64,000 bases of DNA, from the NCBI GenBank assembly GCA_963740355.1, contig CAVUDW010000003.1, positions 1,632,001 to 1,696,000 of the forward strand. Reading direction: 5' to 3'. Position numbers and translations under genes: made by a program. The stretch's first letter is position 1. Each line of letters opens with the position of its first letter. The DNA is from an uncultured Gemmatimonadaceae bacterium (GTDB lineage: Bacteria; Gemmatimonadota; Gemmatimonadetes; Gemmatimonadales; Gemmatimonadaceae). The notes beneath the pieces are model-generated. The model saw nothing but the letters and a program-made list of their open reading frames with translations. It searched no databases and was not told where the DNA came from. Positions 29,990-38,168 of the stretch are shown one piece after another.

Positions 29990-31316
29990 CGTCCTCGACC
30001 CTCGCCACGTTGCCCTTGGCGTCGATGATGTACACGATCACCGAGTAGACGTCGTCCCATTTGATGCGTCCAGTGGTGGGGATGTTGGGTACGTCGAGGC
30101 CGAGGTAGCCCAAGGCGTCCATCGATCCGAGGTCGGGTACGCCATCTGATGGTGCCAGCACGCCGTCCCGCAATCGCACGAGCACGAAATGCCCGACGAT
30201 GTCAGCGTCCGGGTCGCTCGCCTCGAGGATGCTGCTCACGTACGCCTGCCCTTGCAGGGTGGCGTTGAAGAAGCGCACCGACGGTGGCGAGCCGGTGGCG
30301 GAACCGATGCGGTGGGTGGCGATGGTGCTCACGTTGCCCTCCGCGTCAAAGACGCGAATTTCCGTGCACCGACCTGCGAACACCGAATTGTCGATGCCGA
30401 GCTCGAACGCACCGACGACTGTCAGTGTGTCGTTGGTCGCCCCGCGGCCAGCACGGAGGTTGAGACGTACCCGCTCACGCTTGTCAGGCAACACACTGTT
30501 GCCTTCGCAGTCGGTGATGTCCCAGTAGTAGCCGATCAGGTCTGCGTCGGGATCGAAGACACGGAACTGGAAGACGCTGGCACCTTGTGTGTAGCCGCTG
30601 GTGAAGCCGAACAGCTTCGGCTGATGGGCGACATCGGAGCACTGCACGCGAAACGTCACGGCAGCGCCGCCGGTGGGGTCGATCTTCACGCGCTGCCGCG
30701 AGCCACCATCGGTAGCGATGATGCAGTTCGCGGCTACGCCACCCAGATCCACCTCGATGTCGCCCGGCCCGACATCCTCGATCGTGATCGTATCGTTGCC
30801 AGCGGTCAGCCCCGTTCGTTCGAGGCCGTTGTCCTTTCGCCGCACTCGATAGACGAAGTCATCGTCGACGTTCCAGCCATCGGCGATGACCGATATGCTG
30901 AGGAGCCCGCGACATTCGATCTGGTATCGAATGATGCCGGTGTTGTCGCTCTCGGTGAGCGTGATGCCTTGCTGGTTGGTGCCCCGCGGCAGCACGCATC
31001 GCGCCGGCAGGTCATTCGCCTCGACGATGTACGTACCGGGGCTCAGCGGGAGGATGATCGTATCGCTCGGCGCCACAGTCAGCGACTTGTCGAACGACAC
31101 CACACCAGCCGTGCTTTCGCGAATCCGATAGGTCACGGTGGGCGGCGCGGACGCGCCTGGCCAGGTGGTGAGCTTGGTGACGACTGCCAGATACGGCGGC
31201 CCAGGTGGCGCGGTCGCACTATCGCAACCCGCCATCACACAAGGCACGAGCGCCGCCGCGCAAAATTGCGCGGCGGCGATCGCGGATCGTACGGACTTCG
31301 GTATTCGACTTCGCAT
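29973..31316 (-). CDS. Lipoprotein with repeated Cys-pair Ig-like modules
   Basis: Lipobox MAGC; two modules of the type G.Y.V....LP..C...Y.I.C. Confidence 0.7.
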   Translation of the reverse strand: MRSRIPKSVRSAIAAAQFCAAALVPCVMAGCDSATAPPGPPYLAVVTKLTTWPGASAPPTVTYRIRESTAGVVSFDKSLTVAPSDTIILPLSPGTYIVEANDLPARCVLPRGTNQQGITLTESDNTGIIRYQIECRGLLSISVIADGWNVDDDFVYRVRRKDNGLERTGLTAGNDTITIEDVGPGDIEVDLGGVAANCIIATDGGSRQRVKIDPTGGAAVTFRVQCSDVAHQPKLFGFTSGYTQGASVFQFRVFDPDADLIGYYWDITDCEGNSVLPDKRERVRLNLRAGRGATNDTLTVVGAFELGIDNSVFAGRCTEIRVFDAEGNVSTIATHRIGSATGSPPSVRFFNATLQGQAYVSSILEASDPDADIVGHFVLVRLRDGVLAPSDGVPDLGSMDALGYLGLDVPNIPTTGRIKWDDVYSVIVYIIDAKGNVARVEDDDIFK

Positions 31317-31345
31317 ACGATCACTGCACCTTCAAAGGTGGATCA

Positions 31346-33655
31346 TTACGGTGTGGTCGCGGTCGTGAAGGCACGCGTCCAGCCGGAGTACCACGGGATC
31401 TGGCCAGCGCTCAGCACGCCGACTGCTCCGCGATAGTTCGTCTGCACCATGCCAGCAGGAACCGTTTCCGTACCGGCTTCGGTCGGCGTCGAGCCACCCG
31501 CTGCGGTCGCACGCATGCGCCAGTCGGGCAGCAGGGTGTTGCGGCCGTCGAGCAGGACCTGATCGATGCCGAGCACACCACCCGACGTGTTGCGGACGCG
31601 GTAGCCGGCCTGACCGGTCAGGAACTCGGATTCGGCGGCATTGCCCGTCGCGAGATCGGTGGCCACGGTCGTTGCTGGCGCACAGGTCGGCGGCAGGTTC
31701 GAGCCGGAGTTGTCCACCGGGCTCGAAACCGACGTCACTTCCATGAACGTCGTGCTCAGCACCTGCGGATTGCCGGTGCCGAAGCCCGAGCAGGTGAAGG
31801 CGTCGCGGAGTGACACCGCTGCCGGCCAGCCATCGATGATCGAGTTCGCGAGGCGCGGGCCCGTGCCGCGACGGAACATCATCGCTGCGGTCGAGGCGCG
31901 GTTCACGAGGTTGCCGATGATCGTGAAGTTGTACATCAACGGCTGGGTGCGCGGGAGGTTCTGGTTCGAGGAGTCCCAGTTGTCCATTTCGATCGCACGT
32001 GAATCCGCCGTGGCCGTGACGTCGGCCTGGTCGTTCTGGATGATCACGAACTGCGCGCGGCCAGTGAAGCCACCGGTGCCGTCGAAGCCGTCGTCGTTGT
32101 TGGCGGTGATCACGAGATAGCTCGTGTTCACGGTGCCACCGAAGAACTCGACGCCGTCATCCGACCCACCGTGAGCCTGCACGTGGTCGATCTGGGTTGC
32201 GCTGCCGACAGCGGCGAGCGTCAGGTTGTTCAGTTCGCGGTTCGGGGCGACGATGAATCCGCCGTATTCCACGCGCACATAGCTCAGGCGACCGCTGTTG
32301 TCGTTCGGCGTGCAGCCGCCGTACGTCGGTGCGCCACCAGCTTCGGCAACCTGCTGGTTACAGCCACCGGCATCGGCCGGGACTGGCGCCTGTGCGCCCG
32401 TGCGTGCAGCGAAGGCCGGCGATGCGCCAATGGTGCCCGGTGTGTTGACCGTGCTCTTGCCCGAGATCCAGAGACCGCCCCAGCAGCCGGGTACCTTGGT
32501 ACCGGTGCAGGTGAACACGACCGGCTCGTTCTGCGTGCCGACGGCGAAGATCGCGCCGCCACGTTCGACGAACAGGGCCGACGGATTCACGGCCGTGTTG
32601 CCTTCGATGCGCGTGCCTTCCTGGATGTTCAACGTTGCGCCATCACCCACGCGGACGATGCCATCGAGCTGGTAGACGTTGTTCTTCGTCCAGCTGATGG
32701 TGCCCGACAGCGTTCCGGCGGGAACGACGACACGGTTGGTGGCCTGCGGACCGCGGCCGGGGATCAGCGTACCGGCGCACGTCTCCGGGTTGCCGACCGC
32801 GCGGTTGGCAACTGCAAGGAAGTCGTTCAGGTCGAGTACGCGCGAACCGTCAGCTTCGGTACCGCAAGCGCCGGCAGCGTTGGTCGGGAACACGTTGCCC
32901 GCGATCACCAGGTCGACGTCGATCGCCGGTCCATTGGTTCCGATGATGATCTGGTCATTTCCCACGGCGGCGTTGGCAACCGAGAGGAAGTCGTTCAGGT
33001 CAATCGTGTTGTTGAAGTCCACGTCGCCGTACTGCAGGTTCAGTGCATACTCGCCAGGAGCGGCTGCCACTGCGCCATTCTTGCCACCGGCCGGGAGAAG
33101 ACGCGCGGCCCAATCCGCGATCGTCATCATGACGGCATCGGTCGGCACGATCAGCGACGTGCTGACCGTCGTTCCGGCGACCGTTGCCGGCATCGTGCGC
33201 ACGTTGCCGAGTGCACTGGCGGCCGTCTGGTGCACGTAACGCAGCGACGGCAGGTAGTTCTCCGCCTTCGTTTCGAACACGAACAGTGCCACGCGGCCGG
33301 TGACACCCATCGGGTTGCCAGCGATGAAGCGCAAGCTGCCCTTCGTGGCGCCCTTGGCGTTGGCGACCGTGATGGCATCGCCGGTCGGTGACTGGCCAAC
33401 GTAGCGCAGGCGCGTCTCGTCGAATTCAATGGCGCCCTGCACACCGCCAACGGTGCCCGGTGCTGCGTCGAGCTTGACTGCGACGGCGATACGCTCGCCG
33501 CGCTTGGCCGTCTGCGATGAGACTTCAAGCGTCACAGGCAGATTCGTCTGGCGGGCGATGGATCCGGTGGACTGCTCATCGGAGCAGGCCGTCAGACCGA
33601 TCGCCGACGCCGCGACGAGCGCCGCGAGCTTCGGAATGGTGCGAATGAACTTCAT
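31346..33655 (-). CDS. Lipoprotein with cohesin-like, dockerin-like and beta-helix-like domains
   Basis: Lipobox LTAC; cohesin-like VGGVQGAIEFDETRLRY; duplicated GDVDFNNTIDLNDF / DGSRVLDLNDF; C-terminal GCWGGL, DNSG.LSYVRVEYGG and DDGVEFFGGTVN motifs of a family often found next to TBDR genes. Confidence 0.75.
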   Translation of the reverse strand: MKFIRTIPKLAALVAASAIGLTACSDEQSTGSIARQTNLPVTLEVSSQTAKRGERIAVAVKLDAAPGTVGGVQGAIEFDETRLRYVGQSPTGDAITVANAKGATKGSLRFIAGNPMGVTGRVALFVFETKAENYLPSLRYVHQTAASALGNVRTMPATVAGTTVSTSLIVPTDAVMMTIADWAARLLPAGGKNGAVAAAPGEYALNLQYGDVDFNNTIDLNDFLSVANAAVGNDQIIIGTNGPAIDVDLVIAGNVFPTNAAGACGTEADGSRVLDLNDFLAVANRAVGNPETCAGTLIPGRGPQATNRVVVPAGTLSGTISWTKNNVYQLDGIVRVGDGATLNIQEGTRIEGNTAVNPSALFVERGGAIFAVGTQNEPVVFTCTGTKVPGCWGGLWISGKSTVNTPGTIGASPAFAARTGAQAPVPADAGGCNQQVAEAGGAPTYGGCTPNDNSGRLSYVRVEYGGFIVAPNRELNNLTLAAVGSATQIDHVQAHGGSDDGVEFFGGTVNTSYLVITANNDDGFDGTGGFTGRAQFVIIQNDQADVTATADSRAIEMDNWDSSNQNLPRTQPLMYNFTIIGNLVNRASTAAMMFRRGTGPRLANSIIDGWPAAVSLRDAFTCSGFGTGNPQVLSTTFMEVTSVSSPVDNSGSNLPPTCAPATTVATDLATGNAAESEFLTGQAGYRVRNTSGGVLGIDQVLLDGRNTLLPDWRMRATAAGGSTPTEAGTETVPAGMVQTNYRGAVGVLSAGQIPWYSGWTRAFTTATTP

Positions 33656-33691
33656 GAGTGATCGAGCTCCAGTGGGGTTGTGTATCTGTCG

Positions 33692-33735
33692 GTGCGTGTG
33701 GTGCGGCGCACAGCGAGCCGCCGCACCACATGCAC
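33692..33735 (-). other. Intergenic 17-bp stem-loop without U-tract
   Basis: GTGCGTGTGGTGCGGCG-N10-CGCCGCACCACATGCAC with one mismatch. Confidence 0.7.
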
Positions 33736-33756
33736 TCGGTCAGGAACGCGCAGGGA

Positions 33757-35547
33757 TTACGGGAGCGGAGCCGGGAGGACGAACGTGCCTTCCGTGTTCA
33801 CCACGTTCGGCAGGATGTTGACCGTCGCGCCGGCATTGCGGCTCGAGATCACCTGCAGCGTGGTGGTGGTGCCAACCGTCGTGCCCGTGGTGCCGCCAGC
33901 GGCGCGCGTGAAGACGAGGCGCACGACACCGACGTTGCCGGTGATGCCGTTACCCGTTGCACCACTGAGGACCTGCACCTGTCCAGCCACGCTGCCGTTG
34001 ATGACCGGCGCAGCCGTGATGCGCGGGTTCGCAATCGGATCGTCGCCGCGGACGAACACGAGCTTGGTCGCGTCGTAGGCGACCGTGATCTGGGCACCGA
34101 CGATCGGGTCGCCCGTCACGCCGCTGGTGGTCACGTCAGCGATGTCAGCGCGGTTGAACGTGCGCATGTCGATGCGCACATCGACGGCGATTTCACCACC
34201 GGCGAGGTTCGTCCAGGTCGTGTTGTACTGGTAGCCAGGCGTGGGCGGAACCGGGCAGTCCACGACGATGTTGTTGGTGGCGGTGCCACCGCTGGCGAGC
34301 GTGTAGGACGATGCCGGGGCAACGCAGCCCGACGGCAGGCCGCTGAGCGTCAGCGTGCCGGCACCTGGGCCAGCGGAGGTGATGCTGTAGGCGCCCGTTG
34401 CGCTGGTGACAGCCGAGCCACCGGTGGAAGCCGTGACGGTCACGTTCGGCAGCAATTCGCCAGCGTTGTCAGACGTGATCGTGCCCGAGATCGTGCCCGG
34501 GAGACCGCTGCAGGTGACGGCGAAGTTCGCAACCGTGTTTGCGCCCGAGCTGACGGCGATCGTCTGCGCGGACGGCGCGGTGCAACCAGCCGGCAGGTTC
34601 GACAGCGTGATCGTGCGCGAACCAGGATTCACGGCGGCCAGGGAGTAGGCGCCCGCTGCATCGGTGGTTGCCGTCTGGCCTGAGCTCGACGTCACGATCA
34701 CGCCGGAGAGCGGGCCACGCACTGCGGACGTCACGGCACCAGAAACCGTGCCCGGGGCCACGACGCCAGCGGCGGCGAGGTCGGCGGCAACGATCATGCG
34801 GGTACGGAACTGTCCAACGGTGGCGTCGATGTCGAAGCCGATCGTGCGCACCGACGACGTCGTCAGCGGCTGGATCTCGGCATCATAGGCTTCCCAACGG
34901 AAGCAGTCGTTCGACGTCGCGAGCGAACAATCGGTGTCATTGAAGAAGCTGTACGGGGCGCCGCTACCAGCTGCACCGGTGCCGCTCCAGTCGATCGACG
35001 GCGCAACGGCGCCAAAACGCGGCTGCTCGACGATCACTTCGTTGCCGTCGCCGCCCGTCACGCCACCCGGGGTGGTCGTCACGACGTAGTCGAGCGGGAA
35101 GAGGATCACGCCTGCGGCCGGTGCAACCGGCCACGTCGGCGTGATGAACTTCACGCCAGGCAGCTTGTTCTCGATCAGCACGTCGAACGTCACGCGAATC
35201 TTGCCCGGTGCGAAGGCACCGACTGCAGACGCCTGGTAGTTCGACGGAATCAGGCGTACCGCTTCGCCGCCGAGCAACGAGAGGTTCGGTGATTCGGCAC
35301 CACCGGTGGACAACGTCGGCGCGTTGGCCGTGCTGGCCGTCGGCGATGCGATCGTGATCTTGCCGGTGTTGGTGTTGATGTCTGCCGTGAAGGCCAACGG
35401 ACGGAACTGCGCCGTTGGTGCCTCGCCAGGTACGACGGGCGCAACGCCCTTCTCGGACGCACACGCGCTGATGAACACAGTGCTCATCGCAACGAGGGCC
35501 GAGGCGAATCGACGCGTAACCTGCGCGCGTCCGGTGGTGACTGCCAT
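33757..35547 (-). CDS. Lipoprotein with unknown N-domain, two carboxypeptidase-regulatory-like Ig domains and a C-terminal cohesin-like domain
   Basis: Lipobox ISAC; GTVSG.VT....PL.GV.VT...ATTDAAGAY repeats; cohesin-like IVGAQITVAYDATKLVFV. Confidence 0.75.
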   Translation of the reverse strand: MAVTTGRAQVTRRFASALVAMSTVFISACASEKGVAPVVPGEAPTAQFRPLAFTADINTNTGKITIASPTASTANAPTLSTGGAESPNLSLLGGEAVRLIPSNYQASAVGAFAPGKIRVTFDVLIENKLPGVKFITPTWPVAPAAGVILFPLDYVVTTTPGGVTGGDGNEVIVEQPRFGAVAPSIDWSGTGAAGSGAPYSFFNDTDCSLATSNDCFRWEAYDAEIQPLTTSSVRTIGFDIDATVGQFRTRMIVAADLAAAGVVAPGTVSGAVTSAVRGPLSGVIVTSSSGQTATTDAAGAYSLAAVNPGSRTITLSNLPAGCTAPSAQTIAVSSGANTVANFAVTCSGLPGTISGTITSDNAGELLPNVTVTASTGGSAVTSATGAYSITSAGPGAGTLTLSGLPSGCVAPASSYTLASGGTATNNIVVDCPVPPTPGYQYNTTWTNLAGGEIAVDVRIDMRTFNRADIADVTTSGVTGDPIVGAQITVAYDATKLVFVRGDDPIANPRITAAPVINGSVAGQVQVLSGATGNGITGNVGVVRLVFTRAAGGTTGTTVGTTTTLQVISSRNAGATVNILPNVVNTEGTFVLPAPLP

Positions 35548-35723
35548 GCGAGTAATCTCCTGACCAGGTGGAAATCGTTCGTGCCGAGTGGCACACGCCG
35601 CGCGAACGGGGCGACGTGGTGCTCCTGTTCAGGAGCGCGCGTAAGGATCGGATCGCGCAGTAACGGCACTATTGAGGCGTATGTATCAGCCAAGTCTGAT
35701 TCCCGTATCCGCGCCGCCCGCGC

Positions 35724-38168
35724 TCACGGAATCGTGAATTGCCCTTCGAGAATCGTGGTCTTCGCGTTATACGAGAAGGAATTCGTCGCCGTCGTGCCGA
35801 GCAGCGGGCCGAGGAACGTGGCCGTCGTCGCCGTCTGCCCAGCAGTGCCGATCGGGCGGAATCGAATGGTGGCGATCACGAGGTTGCCCTGGTCGAGTCC
35901 AGGGGTCGTTGACGCACGCAGAGCCAGCCGTCCCGACGATGCGCCCGTCTGATTGGTCGCGACGTCCACCATGCCCGGACCGTAGTTGATCGACAGGAAC
36001 TGCAACTTCGACGCATCCCACTTCAGCGAGTCGACGACGAAGGAACGCAACGCTTCCGGTCCGGGGGTTTCAGGCACGTTGGCATTGAGGTCGTAGACGA
36101 TCTGCAGCGCGATACTGTTGTTCGCCATGTCGTACGCCTGCACGAGGTTGCGCCAGACGAGCGGAGTGGTGTTGGTCGGTGGCGGCGGCGCGCTGATGGT
36201 CGCTGTCGCCTGCGATGTCGCCGTGGCACCGCTGGCGCTTGTCACTGTGAGGACGATCGTGTAGGTGCCCGCCGCGGCGTAGCTGACCGACGGTGAGGCA
36301 CCGGTCGCGGTCTGTCCGTTACCGAGGACCCAGCTGTAACTCGCCGCATTGGCCGATCCAGCCGACGACAGTGTGAACTGTGCACCAGCCTGCGCCGCGT
36401 ACGGACCGTTCGCGCGCGCCACGGGTGCGCCTGTTGCAGGCGGGACGCCCGCGCCGGTGACGGTGATCGACGCGGTGCGTGACGCAGTCGCGCCGCGGTT
36501 GTCCGTGACCGTCAGCGACACGTTATAGGTGCCGGCAGCGGTGTACGTCTTCGACGGCGACACCCCGGTACCGGTCGTGTTGTCGCCGAACGTCCATGCA
36601 TAACTCGCGATCGACCCATCGGCATCGGTCGATGCGGCACCGCTGAAGCTCACCGGCGTGCCGACCGTGGCCGTCGCAGGCCCGGTGAACTGCGCCACCG
36701 GAGGCTGATTCGTCGTCGCGCCACCGCCGCCGACGGTCAGCGTGTCTTCCACCACCTGCACCGAATCCTGGAACGGAGTCGGCGAGGAGGCGAGTAGTCC
36801 TGAGGTGATGGTTGCAGACTTCGCGCTGGCAGCGCCGATCACGGTGAAGTTGAACTTCGCCAGACTGACCAAACCTGTGCGCGGCGCGGCGCTGCCTGGC
36901 GTCGACGCGATGAACGTGATCAGTCCCGGCGCGGAACCGTTCACGATCAACTGGGTCAGTTGCCCGATGTCCTCCGATTCGAACCGAAGTACGGACGCAT
37001 CGTAGCGAATGCTCGCCTGCACACCCTTCACGGCCTGGCCGGCGCGCGCCGTCAGGTCGAGGCTCGTCTCGAGCACGACGCTGGCTCCAGGCGCCGGTCC
37101 ACGCGGCGTCCACTTGTTGCGCCAGATGAACGGCGCCGCACTCGGCGGCGCGGGTGGTGGCGTGGAACCGACGCACACGATCTCGTAGTTCACCGTGGCT
37201 ACGCCCAACTTCGTCACCGTCGTCGACCGCTGCGGTGCGCCGCCCTGCAACGTGCAATTCGAGGCGATGTCCCGAATGTTGGTGTTGTACGTCCCGGGCT
37301 GCAAATTGGCAAAGCTGGTGGACGGCGCACCGGTGGTCTGTGTGCGCTGCGCCGAGAACACCCGCTGTGACGGCGGAAGCGTCGTGTCGGCTGCCTGGCC
37401 AAGCACGTCGATCGACCAACCGTCGTCGAGGCTGTCACCAGTCACCGTGGTGATCACCGTCAGTTCACCGCGATTCGGATCCTTGCAGGTGACGGCGAAC
37501 GACACCGGCGTGATGGTCGTGGCCATCGTGTCGGTGACCACCACCTGCTGCACCGCGGCGGCGGCGGCGCACCGGTCGATCAGTCCACTGAGCGTGACGG
37601 TGTAGGCACCTGGGCGCAGTGGAGAGAATCGGCGCGTGGTGCTCGGACTCAACACAGCGCGTATGGTGTCCGGCCCGGCGATCACCACCTGATAGCCATC
37701 CGGATCGAGCGACTCACTCGATGTCACCACCGATGTCGTGACGATCTGAATCCCGGGCGGCGGCGGCGTGACCACGCCACCGATCACGGACGGCGGTGAG
37801 CGATCACCGAGATCCGTCAGCGCCGCGACGCGATATCCGTAGATCGTCTCCGGCAGCACGTCGGTGTCGAACCACTGCAATTCCCCATTGGAAACGGCTG
37901 ACACACGCGCCATTTCGACGAACTCCCCCGCGATCGCCGTTCGGCGCTCAACGATGTACGAGCGCACGCTGCCAGTCGTGGCCGTGACAGGCTTCCATGT
38001 CAGCCGCACCGAGCCTGGTCGCACGACGGCCACCGACAGCTCCTGCGGCGCCGGTGCTGCCGTCAGCGGCGCAAATCCGTCGGCGCAACCGGAGAAAAGT
38101 CCCAGCGCAAGCAGGAGGCACGCGGCGACGGCACGCTGCCGCGTGCGCGCGTGGTTAACGGAGCGCAT
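35724..38168 (-). CDS. Scaffold-like lipoprotein: FN3, Ig modules, cohesin-like, 2x PKD, cohesin-like
   Basis: Lipobox FSGC; FN3 (VRLTW..Y.VER..Y.YRVAA); cohesin-like VKGVQASIRYDASVLRF and LKWDASKLQF; PKD STDADGSIASYAWTFGD...YTAAGTYNVSLTVTD; ATG at 38168 overlaps the TBDR end. Confidence 0.8.
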   Translation of the reverse strand: MRSVNHARTRQRAVAACLLLALGLFSGCADGFAPLTAAPAPQELSVAVVRPGSVRLTWKPVTATTGSVRSYIVERRTAIAGEFVEMARVSAVSNGELQWFDTDVLPETIYGYRVAALTDLGDRSPPSVIGGVVTPPPPGIQIVTTSVVTSSESLDPDGYQVVIAGPDTIRAVLSPSTTRRFSPLRPGAYTVTLSGLIDRCAAAAAVQQVVVTDTMATTITPVSFAVTCKDPNRGELTVITTVTGDSLDDGWSIDVLGQAADTTLPPSQRVFSAQRTQTTGAPSTSFANLQPGTYNTNIRDIASNCTLQGGAPQRSTTVTKLGVATVNYEIVCVGSTPPPAPPSAAPFIWRNKWTPRGPAPGASVVLETSLDLTARAGQAVKGVQASIRYDASVLRFESEDIGQLTQLIVNGSAPGLITFIASTPGSAAPRTGLVSLAKFNFTVIGAASAKSATITSGLLASSPTPFQDSVQVVEDTLTVGGGGATTNQPPVAQFTGPATATVGTPVSFSGAASTDADGSIASYAWTFGDNTTGTGVSPSKTYTAAGTYNVSLTVTDNRGATASRTASITVTGAGVPPATGAPVARANGPYAAQAGAQFTLSSAGSANAASYSWVLGNGQTATGASPSVSYAAAGTYTIVLTVTSASGATATSQATATISAPPPPTNTTPLVWRNLVQAYDMANNSIALQIVYDLNANVPETPGPEALRSFVVDSLKWDASKLQFLSINYGPGMVDVATNQTGASSGRLALRASTTPGLDQGNLVIATIRFRPIGTAGQTATTATFLGPLLGTTATNSFSYNAKTTILEGQFTIP

